Part shown: piece after piece, positions 50,430 to 64,000 of the stretch | How positions within the stretch are numbered: the first letter of the stretch is position 1 | Layout of the letters: each line of letters begins with the position of its first letter | Source: Yuukianura sp. NJ FZ-2021 | Lineage: Eukaryota | Assembly: GCA_046563655.1 (NCBI GenBank) | Contig: CM102284.1 | Span: 2,356,001 to 2,420,000, forward strand | Direction: 5' to 3' | DNA length: 64,000 nt | Notes under the pieces: generated by a model | What the model saw: only the letters and a program-made list of their open reading frames with translations | Database searches by the model: none | Told to the model about the DNA's origin: nothing | Program-made: the position numbers and the translations under genes

Positions 50430-51910
50430 ATGGATTCAGAATTAAAAATCATTTTCAATTTGGCCAAATTGAGTAGCAAACTTTGTTGCTTCCCAACTGA
50501 TTTCAATGAGAAAACAAATTTGTTGGAACCCACAAAACACAGATGGAAGCGTCTTCTGGTTATACTTCAAATTGCAATTACCGCCTGTTATGCCTTGTTT
50601 GCATCGGTGCAATTGGGCGTCGTTTTGAAGTCAGAAGGTCAACTGAAGTACATCATCTTCCATGTCATCATGATCTTCCTCCAGAGCCTGGCCACCGTCA
50701 TGCCCTGGACTGCATATGTTTATACGCATGAATTCACTGATCTCTTCGCCTTCGTGGTATCCTTCCAAAAAATTCATGGTAAAAAAACGGAAAAAAAAAT
50801 AGCTGATTCGGTATTTGAACTCGCAACCGTATTTTACCAATCCTAAACTAACACCAAAAGCCTGATTCCTATTTTCATGGGTGCTTACCCAAGTTAATAC
50901 ATTTTTTTCTAATACTTTTAAGGAGAAAAAATGTTGATGAGTGGAGGTAAGTACATTGGACCTCCTAACAGAACCAACGCTCTACGCGCAGTCGTGTGGC
51001 TCATTGTCGCAGCAGTAGCGAGCATATATGGTGTATTTTTTGTGGCGCCAAATAACGTTTACTACGTCTACTCCATTCTACCCGAAAATTGGAAAAATCC
51101 AGCCTCTTATCTCTTTTTTGTAATCTTCGTTGAAGGAAGAATTAATGTTCAGTATACCATGGCAATTACGTTGACAACAGGATTCGGATTCGTGTACTGC
51201 CAATACATCATTGCATGGAATGCGGCTGCAGAGTAAGTAAACTGCTTAAACTACTACGTCGTCGCAGGCCGATTTTCAAAAAAAAAAATTTTTTTAACCA
51301 TGATTTTTTTGTATTTCGTAATAACTTTTCATTTTCTAGTCACCTCATTCACGAAGAATCGCTGCTGGAGGAGTCCCAGCTGTATTCGGGCTTACGAATC
51401 TACTCGTCCCTGCAAATCATGAGCACGCTGTTCAACGGTGTTTTCGGAAACACGCCGTGGTTGCCGTCTATTCTCGTCGTCATAACTTCTGTGCTGCCCA
51501 TGGCTGTGTATGGAATTCTGAAGTTGGGTGATCGGCTCGACATCATTTCATACACATACCTGTGTGTGGCCGTTCCGACTATTGTGGGCATGAACCTGGG
51601 TCTCTACTACCCCATGGCTGGGGTGGAGTACCAGTCTTCATGCCTCAAAGAAGTCACACGGGTCAACACACTTCTATACAAATTTAAAGCGCTCCAACAG
51701 ACTTCCACTGCCAGTGGCAACAGAGCCATCGTAAGCGACCCGCTGCAGGATAGCATGAGGCGAAAATTGAAGTTCATCAAGACGTCAATGACGGCTACTC
51801 GAACACTGCGCTGTAGCCTCTTGTCCTTTGGCGTAGTTGATAAGAAAGCGAAACAGCATCTGCTGACTGTCTTGGTAGACCTGACTATCTACCTTCTGCT
51901 CACATTCTAG
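50430..51910 (+). CDS. Divergent 7TM chemoreceptor-like (GR/OR superfamily) protein, 3 exons
   Basis: Several TM helices; FPTDFNEKTNLLE N-terminus; LRIYSSLQIMSTLFN and terminal LLTVLVDLTIYLLLTF motifs similar in layout to the 29397 gene. Confidence 0.65.
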
Positions 51911-52535
51911 GCTGCGACTGCGCAAAACGCATATGAGAGCAGTAGTTTTAATGGTAGAAAGCCATTACTATTAAAGCCATAATAGCACGGGTCGGGTCAT
52001 TAATCATCAAATGTTTTTTTCTCCCTTTTCAGATACCGTCATTCTCGGAATATTAATGATCAAACACATTTCCCTCAAAAACATTTTCCTCGGTATCTTT
52101 TAATTAAGTTGTCAATTATCCACATACATAATATAAAAAAAATAGTGACACTTAAAGTGCTCGTGAAAAATTGCAAAAACTTAACTCTATATGTATAACA
52201 ATCTGTTAATGTTAATGAATCAGTCGTAAATCTACTTAGCCAAGTCACTTGGTATACACTTACTTATACTTAGCCACTCACTTGTTAAATCTACTTGGTC
52301 TGCCGTCGGTTAGTAACAAGCTCACAAGATAAAAGTATAATTTAAGGTAGTACCATTATGAATAAATTAAATAAATCAATGAATAAATGTATAAACGTAT
52401 AGTACTAACGATACGTAACGTTACTATTCAACAAGGAGCCAATACTATGTAGAAATAATAGCGACAAGGAACTATTCTTGCTCGAGTGATCTAGATCTGA
52501 GGTCAATCATCAACCTGTTTTTGTTGTTGCTTCGA

Positions 52536-54861
52536 AGGGGCCAGTCAAAGAAGTGCCTCTACGAAATTTTGATTTTTATAAAATCGTGTTACCAAGCCAA
52601 TTTTTATCAAATTTTAATTTTAATTAAAAGCGTCCGCCCGAAACTACGCTCTCCCGCTAAATTTCTTCTAGCGAAATCGCAAAAAATCGCATGAAAAATC
52701 ACACATTGGATTATGACTTTAAGAAAAATCGCGCGTTAAATTAAAATCGTGTGTTGTATTAAACTCGCGTGAAAAATCGCATATTGAATTAAGTTAGTGT
52801 GAAAAATCGCACGTTGTAACAACATCGCGTGAAAAATCGCACGTTGAATTAAAATCCCGTGAAAATCGCACGTTGAATTAAGATCGCGTTAAAAAACACG
52901 CGTTGAATTAAAATCGCGTGAAAAATCGCCCGTCGAATTAAGATCACGTGAAAAATCCTACGTATAATTTAGTTCAAGTTAAGAATCGGTGTTGCTGTTT
53001 ATCCACTTTTTCAGCATTCCATCCGGGTTAAATCCACGAGATATTGATAAATCCTGATAAAATCCAGTTTCCAGTGGACGAGATTGGGTTGATTCATCTG
53101 GAAGAAGCCAATAGGCAGTTTCAAATAAAAGATTATAATCCTCCGCGGATTAACCCGGCTTGGATTATAATCGATTTATTTGAGTGTATCCGATTTTTTC
53201 GGCCGATTATCAGCCGATGTGGAACGGCGGGAATTGAAAATTTCAAAAATAACAACAGTGGGTGGTGATGGTCGGGTGGAGGGAGCAGATTAATCCAAGA
53301 GAATCGTGGTTTTTGTGGATTCTTTTTTGGCCGATTATAATCCAAAAAGTGGCGCATTGCGCCTGCGCGCGGCCTCAGATTAATCTATTTCGGCAGATTA
53401 ATCTGAAAAGCGATTATAATCGCTTTATTTGAAACTGCCTAATAAAACACTGTATATCCACCACTTTCGAGTAGAGTGGAAGAAACATTTTATCCTTCCA
53501 TCAGCACTTAAAACTCGTATCCCGTGATAAAGATTACGTGAAAAATCCTGTTAAAATTTCACCGCCGTAAATGGGACCGAAACCCTTGCTAGCTTAGGCT
53601 TTGCAGTTTTACCGGCTCCGGTATGTGCCATACCTTTGCAACGGTTTGGAATTTTGCAAATTTTGAAAAAATTGGTAATTTTTTCCTCATGAGAATTAGA
53701 GATGCCCTGCGACTCAGAGATTCTGGCACCACCCCCTTGAATCGCCTGCGCAATGCATCGCGATTGAGTGCCTTAATCTAACTAATAATATGCATTTGCT
53801 TCTTTCTAAGCGTATCTTTCAGCTGCTTTCGCCTCCATTTACCGCGAGAAAATACTTTCAACTGCCTGTATTATTTACGAGGACCACCGTCGCCACCGTT
53901 GCCTAAAAGCGGAGTTGTGCTTATGTTTCTTAACCAAAATTTATGATCCGCGTATTTCCGTTACAAACGAAACCGAAAACGGTGGAATTATCTGCATATG
54001 TTTCAAGTTTAATGCATCGCCCAAGAGTAACCCGCATCGCGAATCTTTTGCCCCAAAACATGGCGATTCAGATGCATCGTACGATAAGGAAAAGTGGCGG
54101 GATCCCCAGCGATTCACCGGGGCATCTCAAATGGAAATATTACCTGTCTCGATCACTTTTCGGAATTTAGATCCGAAAAGTCTAAAGATTCTGAAATGAG
54201 GGACCAGCTACGCTACATGAAAATCCTAGCAATGCGTAGAATTTTTCAACAGCCATCGTCTTCCGTAATTTAATTTTTACTTCATCCTGACATTTTTCAC
54301 GCCATCGTATTTCAGCGTGCAATTTTTCACGCCATCGTTTTTCAGCGTGCGATTGTGACCCGGTCTTAATTCAGCATGCGATTTTTCCACGATCTGGATT
54401 TAATGCAAAATGTGTTAAACCAGTTTTAACGCAAAATACGTGAAACGTGCGATTTTTATCGTAAAATAAATTCTACGTACGACTTTTAACGGAAATATAT
54501 TTAAACTTGCAACCTTGAACACGAAATAAATTCAAGGTGCGAATTTTACCCCGATCCTAATTCAATCAGATTTTTTTCGATTTAGTTAGAAGTATTTCTC
54601 GGGGACAACGTAGTTTTGGGCGGACGCATGGAATTGAAATTTAAACTAATCTAAATCTCGTTTCATTTCTTTGTTTCGCCTTTGAACAAAAAAATGTCCT
54701 AAAGTCCTAATGGTGGTGCTTTAAAATTTTCAATGTTTACGGTATTACGCTTCAATAAGTGCGAAGCGTAATCAATGTATGGGCAAAAAATTAATTGTTG
54801 CTATCAACAACTGAAATCTGTAATCAACAAAATCTTAGAGGCACTTCTTCTACTGGCCCCT
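52536..54861. mobile_element. ~2.3 kb old foldback-like non-autonomous DNA transposon with long modular inverted arms
   Basis: Outer ends aggggccagtcaaagaagtgcctct / agaggcacttcttctactggcccct; inner arms gcgtccgcccgaaactacg / cgtagttttgggcggacgc; ~30 bp aaaatcgcgtgaaaaatcgcacgttgaatt tandem modules mirrored on both arms. Confidence 0.7.
53113..53440. mobile_element. Nested 328 bp MITE inside the foldback element
   Basis: TIRs aggcagtttcaaataaa / tttatttgaaactgcct; flanks fit a 3 bp AAT or a 2 bp TA duplication; internal gattataatc palindromes. Confidence 0.85.
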
Positions 54862-56638
54862 TCAATTCTTCCTGTTTCCGTTTAACTGTTGCATGGTAAC
54901 GCAAATGCTGATGCATTTCCGCTTTGAAGACGAAGATGCTTTTGCAGCCAACTCGAGGACACTTGAGTGTTTTTGCAGGACTTCCACCATGCATTTTACC
55001 GCAGTGCCTGAACAGCATAGTAAGTGATTTGAACTCTCGATAACATTTGGAGCAGTTGTACGGAAATCGACGACCATGAGTTACTATAAGAAACATTCAC
55101 AAGAAGGGTTTATCCATCCCATTGTTCAGTGTGTTACAAGTTGAAATAGCGATAATTTTATCTAAAAAAAAGTACTTATTTCTATTAAAAAAAATACCAG
55201 TGAACTTACATCGGACATGCTGCAGTAGAGCAGAACTGGTCTTGTGTGTACGTGAGCAATCATTACAAGGAAAAATTTTGCTCTTCCTCTTCCCGGCCTT
55301 CTTAAGTTGAATTTTCAGTTGTTCGCTGATAATACTTGGGATCATGTTTCTACCAGTTCCAGAAACTTTTTCATGTTCATCATCACCGTTTGAAGCAGTG
55401 TCTACAGAAGTGCATGTATTCGGTCCACTTTCTATGCCTCTATCGTCGATGCGAGTCATTGAAACTGTTGCACTCTTCAGATTTAGAGTTGCTTTCGGGC
55501 TTTCAACAATTTTATCACCTTTTCTAATTTGCCTTTCTCGTCGCCGTGAACTTTGACCAGCAGCACGCGGCGCGGTCGGTAACTTAGTAATAGGAGATGA
55601 GCTGTGAACGGGCATTGTCTCTGGCTCGCCCTAAAGTAAAAAAAATTGATTTAAAACGATACTAACACTTTTTTAGGGAAAAAAATTTTTCAAGGGAAAA
55701 AATTGACAAATACTTTAAAGCTTACATCCTCACTTTGACCAAGTAAGAGTGTAGTTCCGCCAGTTCGTCGTTTCTTACTCTTCGGTGAAGACACCGTCTT
55801 TCTTTGTGATTCGACTTTAGAGTTCTGTATAGCAGCTACAGGTGACGAAGCGGAAGCCGATCTGGTTCGTTTTAAACCAATTGTGTCATTATCCATTGAG
55901 CGCCTTCGTAGGTAACGTGTTGGGATGGTCAGTCTTCTGTTAGCAGATTTGTGACGATGTGGTTTGTGTTGTACTGGTGTAGATTGTGTACCCTGCTGTT
56001 CCTGCATTTCACTCGTCTGGGACTCCAAAATCTGAAATTCATCCGAAACGGAATCTCTCCACTCTTCAAGCTCAATGTTTGTCGGAGAGGAAGACAAATT
56101 ATCTTGGACTTCCTCCTCGATTTTCATCTCTACAATGGGAATGAGCGTGCCAATGGAAACGTTATTTCGAATAGTTTCGTCCAGGGAATGAGAATCAGCT
56201 GCGTCGTCTGCCTCACACTGAATACCGGCCTCAGTTTCCGTCAGTTGCTGATTGTCTGGTGATTCATTCTCTTGGTCGGACTGGGAGAAAAAATCATCGT
56301 CCTCCTGAGACATCATACTCGCTCCAGCCTCATTGTAGAACAGCTCGTTGTTGTTGAACCCACTGGTGAGACGGTCCAAAAATGAACCCGGTTGTCGAAT
56401 ATCCTTGAAATGATGGTATAAATGGTGGAGGAGGTACAGAATTTCGTCGCAACTTCTGCAGACGACAAGTAATTCGTCATCCAACTGATCCTTGAATGGC
56501 AGTGAATATCCAATGACGGACAGAACTTTCCGTATTTCGACATCCGGCCTCAGACGCAAAGTTGATTTTGAGGAAACATTTTCAGTACATCCGCAGTTAG
56601 CACAGCGATGTGGAGCAGTCTGATTCAGCGTATTCATT
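54824..56638 (-). CDS. ZAD-like + C2H2 zinc-finger protein, 3 exons
   Basis: N-terminal CANC...CRSC; acidic low-complexity linker; fingers CNDC..H|..H, CSKC..H...H and CPRVGC..H...H. Confidence 0.8.
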
Positions 56639-57370
56639 TTGAACTGCGTTTTAAAAATCTCGACACTTCTCATGAAACCAAATCAAACATGTAATAATCT
56701 TATTAGTTTAATCTTCTACGTCTACTTCTTTTCGTTTGGTCTTACTTCTTACCTCTACTCTTTACCAAGTAATTGATGGACGGTCAACCATCTGAATCTG
56801 ATCAACAAGCAGCGACAGAAGAACAAGGAAACACGTCCAACAAAACAAGAAAGCGAACAGAGAAATTTCAAAACTTCACAAAATAGAAATGCCAAATGCA
56901 AAAAGCAAAACTGTTAATTACATTTGCAATTTAGAATAATTTACGTAACACGATTTTCAATTGCTCTTTAATTTGTGTATTCCTAATTTAATCGTCAACT
57001 AACATGCATCATTTTACTAAAAAGTTTTTTTTAACTTTTTTATACCGTGAACGCGTTTTTGTAGTTCAACTAAGAATTTTAAGTTTCGCTCAATCGCAGC
57101 TTTTTGCAATTTAACCATTTGGAAAGCTAGTACAAAATACAGAATACAATAATCATAAGACGATTACGAAAAATCCAAATTGTTTGAAATGAATTAAGCA
57201 ACTCTCTTCCCGCGGACCCAGACGCTTCTTCTTTCTTTTACTCGCTCGTTACAGATTTTTAACGGTAAATTAAATTGTGTTTGGCTAACTTTATTATGAA
57301 ATAAAATAGATTTAGAATTATTTAATATAATTAATTACAACTTACAGTAAATTGTGAAATTTAATTAATG

Positions 57371-58705
57371 TCATCGCAAAATAGAATCCTGGTTCTGATG
57401 CAGGCGATTTCTAAGAATGGAGTCAACGTTTCTGCGATTGACAAAAATCATATCATTCGCCAAGTTGTTTGGATCAGTCACGCGTCCAAACACGGAAAAC
57501 CCATTAGCTGACATCCACTTTTGAACTGCCAGTCGTCCTCCAGGGTCATGGACATACTCCACTGACATCGTCTTTATATGACGACGTAGGAACTGCTGCG
57601 GAATGGTTTTCAGAACGTCCAGTTCATAACCCTCAACGTCCAGACTCAAGTAGTCCACTTCAGTCACATTCAGAGCAGACAGAAGGGAAAACAGAGGGAA
57701 ACACTGTACTTCTGATACGTTTGAGCCAGTTGACCCCGACGTCAAAATCCTTCCTCCTCCAGCAGAGTGTTCAAACGTCGCCTAGTAACCACAAAACAGC
57801 AAGATTTAAGTTTGACCTTATTTTTACGTTCACATTTTACATATGTAAACTGACCCTGTGCGGATATGGCTTAACTGCTAGGCACAGGTTAGCACTCCAT
57901 GCTTTTCGACGCTTTTGCTGCAACTGTTGAAAATTCTCCGCGTCTGCCTCCACTAATAGGCCCTGCAAAGCGCGTAGAGAAAATTACAAAATTGCCGTTT
58001 TTTCAACGTTTTTGCTAACCCTTGTTTTTGTTTTAGCAATCAGGTTGGGCTTTAATTTTTATTTTTCCTTTTTTTTTAAATACGCACCCGCCATCCATAA
58101 TCTTTTTCGAGTATTAATGTGTTTGATCTTGTCTCTCCATCCCACGCACCACATTCTACAAAGAACCCGTTCCGCTGTAAAGGTAAATTTGAAAAGTTAA
58201 AAACTGAAAACTCAAAATTTTGTTTCTATTTTGGAACTGAACTTGCCATGTTGCTGAGAGCCCGCAGAATTAGCATTGTCTGTCCCATGGATGGATCCTT
58301 GTTTGTGGTCAGGTTGTAAGGAATAGAGGAATGTGTCGGGAGGTGAATGACCTTTGAGTTGATGTATGTCAAGAGGTCACTGTGATTCTGTGACATTGGT
58401 CCCTTCAGAACTTCATCCCATGTTAAGTGTGGTTCTTTACAGACTTAAAAAAATTAAACGTATTTGTGCTTTTTATGATCTTGAAATTTTTAATCTCAAA
58501 TTATGAAACACTTAATACAAACATTGAGCAAGTGGAATGGGTAAAATGTGGGAAAATTTAAATTAACATTACGCTGTTTTGTCTTCGTTTGAAGACTGGT
58601 TGTCGATATGAGGATGTGTCTGAAGTCAGTGCTGAAGTATAGGTGAAAGTAAATGAGCAGAAACAAGCAACTGACGGCAATCAACAAAGTCAATCGCGTA
58701 ACCAT
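57371..58705 (-). CDS. FkbM-family methyltransferase-domain type II membrane protein (arthropod Star-like), multi-exon
   Basis: N-terminal TM anchor; GLLVEAD, RKAWSANLCL, VQCFPLFSLLSALNVTEVDYLSLDVEGYELDVLKTIP and MSVEYVH motifs. Confidence 0.85.
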
Positions 58706-59754
58706 GATTAACTACATGGTTTAAATTTCGATTCCAACTTGATTCGGTGTAATTAACCTAAGGGTGTGTGATTAGTAAACCGGAATTGATTAATTGTATC
58801 GGGATATGAAATCCAAACGAGCACCGAAGGAACAAGACGCTGACAACTTTTGAACTTTCTTTTTCATATTGTATTGATCGTAAGATCGAAGTAAGCAGGA
58901 AAATCACTTTCTCCGTCGTAAGTTTTTTAACAAGTGCCCATCTCCTTTCGATTAAATTTTACGAGGTGACAAATGAATCATATATGGCTTTTAGACCAAC
59001 CTTATTATGTATTTACAGAGTTGTTTAGGTTGACGTAAGGCGTACCGAGTTAGAGTGTGTATTTGGTACGAAGGATGTTGCGTTGCAGCCGTTCTCTCCG
59101 CGTAACGGCAGGTGTAAAAACCAAAATATTCGTAAGTTTTCGGGGGTTACGCCTCCGTGGTGCGGTGGTTACAAGTTGTTACAAATTATGGGTGATTACA
59201 ATACAATGGGTGAGTTATGATGGCGGCGTCGATATAAATATTATGGCACAAGTCCTTGTGGTTGAAATTTACCCGCTTCCCGTAGTGGTAACAAGGATAG
59301 GGTAATAGCGGTGAGATTGCCGGAAGCTGTTACATTGGAGGAATTATCGCTATTTCAACCGTAACCTGCTAGTGTGAACCATACTGACTATTCCTCGGAA
59401 TACACGCATTTCTTCCGCTTCCTACGACAGCTTGCGTGCGTGCGAATTGAATTATACCTTCCACCATTCATTTTTTTTTAAGAATCCGCCGGTCGCTTTA
59501 CCCTTCTAGTATTCTCTGCGTGTAGTATTTACACTTAAAGTGAAGAGTTCCACTATACAACAACCATTAATTTGGAAGTACTTTGGTACACGTCACTTCG
59601 TTCCATATCCAACTCCGAGTCAGACCCATCCTGATCGTCGTGCCTGGAACCTTGGTCGACTTCACAATACGGTAACGTTATCCGAAACTTTTACTGGTAT
59701 TACTGACGTTTAAATATCCGCTTTGTTGTTTTATAGCAACGAAACGGAAGTACA

Positions 59755-61130
59755 ATGTCAGGAGGCGGCATGGCCAACGGAGACTCGTCTAATTACCGCG
59801 TGTTATCTATTCAAAGTCATGTCGTTTCCGGATATGTCGGCAACAAATGCGCCGTGTTTCCTCTACAGGTAGTAAACAAATGCATGCTTACTACAGTTTG
59901 CTGAATTTGATTACCATTGCCTTCAGTGTTTTATTTTTCTTGTGTTTTCTGCCAGGTGCTAGGATTTGACGTAGATTTCATCAACTCGGTGCAATTTTCC
60001 AACCACACTGGCTATGGTCGTTACCTTGGACAAGTTCTGCAGGAGAACGACCTGGATGACTTGTATACCGGGTTAGAGGCTAACGATCTAGTCAACTACA
60101 CTCACCTTCTAACTGGATATGTTGCTTCCGAGTCCTTCCTTAGAAAAATCAGTCAAGTAGTCAAAAAAGTTCAACAGAAGTGTCCTGGAACCATTTATTG
60201 TAAGATTTTATTTTATAGCGAGTGCATCTTTTATTTCAAAAGTTTCATCCTGACCTACTACGTACCGGAAATCATTGATTTGATGACTCAACTCGTTTGT
60301 AGTGTGTGATCCTGTGCTGGGTGACCATGGAAAATTTTACGTTCCAGAGTCGTTGATTCCAATATATCAGGCAGAAGTACTTCCACTCGCACACATCATC
60401 ACACCAAATACATTCGAGCTCCAGTAATTTTGTTTACAAATAACTTTAAAATATCGAGAATAGCCGCGGCTTTTGGCTTTACACTAAACTGTTACACATA
60501 CATTAATATGATAGAGTAGTGATTGGTGTCCGTTAAATAACGTTAAATCATTGGCTAAGTGTTACTTTCTTTTACCGCCAATTAATTACAGATTGCTGAG
60601 TGGCATGAAGATTGACACTGAGGCTGATGCCCTAGCAGCAATGGAAGTGATACACGGGATGGGCGTTCCAATAGTTGTCCTCACGAGTCTAGACGCCGGA
60701 ACTACGCAACTTACTACATACGCTTCACATCGCCAGGGTAAGTTAAAAATTTTAACTAACTTTTAACATAAAATCAAAAGAATCACTGTCATGAAGTTAT
60801 TCAATTACCATTGTTTAAGGTAAATCCGAGCGATTAGTTTGGAAGTTAGACGGAGTTCGTACAACTGGAGTGACGTTTACCGGGGCTGGAGACTTGTTTT
60901 CTGCGCTTTTCCTTGCATGGTATGCCAAGACCGCTTCAATTCCAGAGACTCTGGACTTGGTAACTGCTACTATGGAATCAGTACTAACCAGAACACTCGC
61001 CAAAGGCAAAATTGGGGGACAGTGCAAGAAAATGGAATTGGAACTCATTGCCAGTCTGGATGATATAAGAAATCCCAGGTCAAAGGTCAATCCAAGCAGA
61101 CATGCCGTGAAGCTCGATATAACGACATAA
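59755..61130 (+). CDS. Pdxk: Pyridoxal kinase, 5 exons
   Basis: [71 protein letters not shown] and ELELIAS motifs. Confidence 0.96.
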
Positions 61131-61431
61131 CTTACCCATCGAAACATCGAATTGATTCCTCCAATCCTGCTTCCCTTCTTATCATTTCCTTCCAGTCTTC
61201 CAGTTTAGGTAGGTTGGATTTGAATTCAGAGGAGTCCAACTATCTAAATCTTAGCAGTCATTAGTTTTTAATTCAAAATTGGTACTAGTACTACTGTGAT
61301 TTTGATCTCAAACGAAAGAGTGACGACAATATCAATCCAAAATCAAGTCAATTTTATGTACTTTAGGTTTTAATCGATAACTTTTAATTTTCTGTAGTCT
61401 CCCCAAGTCAATTACTGGTAATACACAAATT

Positions 61432-62750
61432 TTAAAGCCTGCTTAGCCTACTAGTAGCGTAGTATGTTAGAAAAATAGTCATGGCCACGACGACTGTGAG
61501 TGAAGATCGTAGGATGTGTGAATTGTTACAGCCATCTGATTGGCAAGTGAACACGCATGATCTGTACTCCAGTTTGTCTCCTGGGCGACGAATGTATTCA
61601 CAGTAGTTGCCCATGTCACGAGAAGAACAAAATCGAGTAGTTCCCAAACTCCCTAAAAAATAAAACGATGTACTCAGTTTCATGTGAATATGCTTCGCGT
61701 GTGTTTCTTGTTCACAAGTCGGCATTTTTTTTTCAAAAAATAAACATTTTTGATGTAACAGGAATTTTTAAAATGCCGACATGTGAACAAGGAAAAGTTA
61801 GAGTTGAAGCCATTCTGAGCAGACTACTAAAAAGCGAATGAGTTGCAAAGCTAATTTAGGAAAGTTAGTTAAAGTGTTAGTTGAAAAGCGTTACTGTGAG
61901 GACCGGGTACTTCATGGAGCGTTTTAACGCAGTAGTAAGCTTCAAAAACGTCTTCGCAGTCGGAGAGTGCCCCTGCGCTTAACTTTTCTGAAGAACAGTC
62001 ACCCGGAACATAGACGTCATCACACCGAAAGCACCGAATAGCCCAAAGCCCTTCAAATATATGGAAAATAGACCATAGACATGGATGCTTTTGATTTTTT
62101 TTTACAACATTCTCCTCGTAGGTACTTATAGTGAATTTGTTTTCTCTCTTTTTTAATCTAATTACTAACTTTTGTAAAAGTTGTATAATTGGATTGAATT
62201 ACAAGGCAGAGAAAGTGTATTTGTACTTTGGCTCGAAGGGAAAGTCGAAAAGTTCAAAGAAACCCTCTTAACTTAAAACAAAGTTTGAGATGAAAGGGAT
62301 TCAAATTCTAAAATTTTGAAAAGAGCTTTTCCTACAAAAGTTAAAAGTGTGTAGAGTGGACCAATTACGAGAGCATACAGAAAAATGAAAAAGCAGCGAC
62401 TTATTACAGCAAAACATTTTGCCAACACCATTGCAAGATAGAGAAGCATAAAGAAAATGGTGCACATGCTGCCGCCAACGTCAAGGTTGTGAGTGAAGTA
62501 TTTGAAAAAAATTGTCTCGAATTCAGTGGAAGCGCGGCTAACCGAAAGCATAGTGAGAGGTGAAAGCTTGGCGACAAAATTTTGAATTTTTACCGCCATT
62601 GACTCCCGTCGTTTTGATACAAAACCGTCCGTCGTAGATGGGGTCACATGAGACGTAAGGCACAATGTACGAGTCCTCTGAGGTCATGTACTCTGGGCAA
62701 TAGTGGTCGTTGACACTGGAACAGTTGTAGCACATTCGACCCTCTCCACC
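61432..62750 (-). CDS. Ly6/uPAR three-finger (quiver/sleepless-like) GPI-anchored protein; signal-peptide exon not located
   Basis: CYNCSS...C...C...FCIKTTG|...TTRFCSSRDMGNYCEYIRRPGD...RSCVFTC..DGCN followed by a hydrophobic C-terminal tail. Confidence 0.85.
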
Positions 62751-64000
62751 TAAATTCATCCACATGCAAACAGTTCATCACGAAACAGTCAACAACGATA
62801 GTCCGTGTCATGCATTTCAAATATGCAAATTTCCGTGCGATCATAAGCACTCATGCGCACTCAATGTCTATAATTTCCTTCATCTCAGTTGAATATTAGT
62901 TCTAGGAAAAGTTGATTGGATTCGATCTGTCTGCTGTTTTGGAGACATGCTTTTTCTCGAGAAAATTTCCTTTCTGCCCAATAACAAAAGTCTTGAGATG
63001 AAGTGAAAGTGAGTAAATTGTGTTGAGTCAACAGAAAAGCGCGGTTGATTTCCAGCGTCTTTATCCTGTCTTCGCTTTCACTTTCACTTGATCTCCCTAA
63101 TTTCCCACGAAACTCAGCTCCAAATGAAGCATCAAACTCAATTCCCGTTCAAATGTCACTTGTCTACTCCCTGCAGGCAGACATTCTTTTTCGGATTTAT
63201 TAAAGCGAAAGTCAAGTCTCTCTTTCTTTTCTATAGACGTAAATGTTGACCTGAAACCAAAAATATACTAAAACTTAGCCTAACCTTCTCTTTCTTCATG
63301 TTAGTTTTAATCTTACTAGGTCATAGTTATAGTAAGTAAAAACATAGGTTTTCCTACATACAGCTACCTGAAATTCGTCATGTTGTTACATTTGATTTGG
63401 CTATTCTTACCTTAGCCAAATTAATGCTGGTTTGTTTAAATTCACGTCTAAAAACTAAACCTCAGAATTTCTTTTTTTCTTTTTTTTTTTTTTGCTACCG
63501 TTACCTCCCTTCATTTTATTTTTTTTTATTTTTAGACAAAGCTCCAGGAAATAGATGACATTGGCCTACGGTAGCCCAGTGTTGTGGTGCATGTTAAATT
63601 CTTCTATATTCTACTTTTACCCGATCTTTTTTAAATACTTCAATGTTTCATGTTACACAGCCCCATACACCTGCGACATGACACTGCCACTTCCAAGGTA
63701 GAGTGAGTCAGAGGAAGTGGCGTCATTGTTCTCAAATGGGAACAAGAGGGAATAACTATTAATAAATTCCAAATAGTTAGTTGGGGAAATTCGAAACTGC
63801 TAGAAATTTCGGAGGCTCGATTTTCAAGCAAACAAACAAACAAAAACGAATTACCGATGAGTTATCTAACAACTAACTTAATTTAAGAATAAATTAACAA
63901 AACCTAAAGCTTCAAAAATGTCGATTCTGAACTTTATTTAGCAAAAACCTTACAAAAAAAAGAATTTGTCGAAATTTGGATTTTTTACCTGACGCATTTA

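Noticed and set aside
62273-62665. 130 aa hydrophobic ORF
   Set aside because: Mostly intronic to the Ly6 gene, in a different frame, with no motifs.

Overview
AT-rich, intron-containing (GT-AG) eukaryotic DNA from an arthropod. The gene content (expanded WS/DGAT-like genes, F-box/LRR, divergent 7TM chemoreceptors, GMC oxidoreductase, Star-like methyltransferase) resembles a springtail (Collembola); that assignment is inference. The first 22.6 kb is a dynamic tandem array of wax-ester-synthase/DGAT-like acyltransferase genes on the minus strand: 3 intact copies, 1 TE-disrupted, 1 deleted and 1 relic. It is followed by a large, apparently intronless HEPN(RNxxxH)-TPR-Sel1-MYND gene split by a PIF/Harbinger MITE. 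The rest holds a MEST-like hydrolase, an 8-Cys secreted peptide, a PQ-rich secreted protein, two 7TM receptors, a KHA/DCX-like + F-box/LRR fusion, a carboxylesterase, a GMC oxidoreductase, MFSD1 with two paralogous alternative TM12 exons, a BPHL-like hydrolase, a ZAD-like/C2H2 gene, a Star/FkbM gene, pyridoxal kinase and a Ly6/three-finger gene. At least nine non-autonomous DNA-transposon insertions are visible. Exon boundaries were read by eye and no database searches were run.
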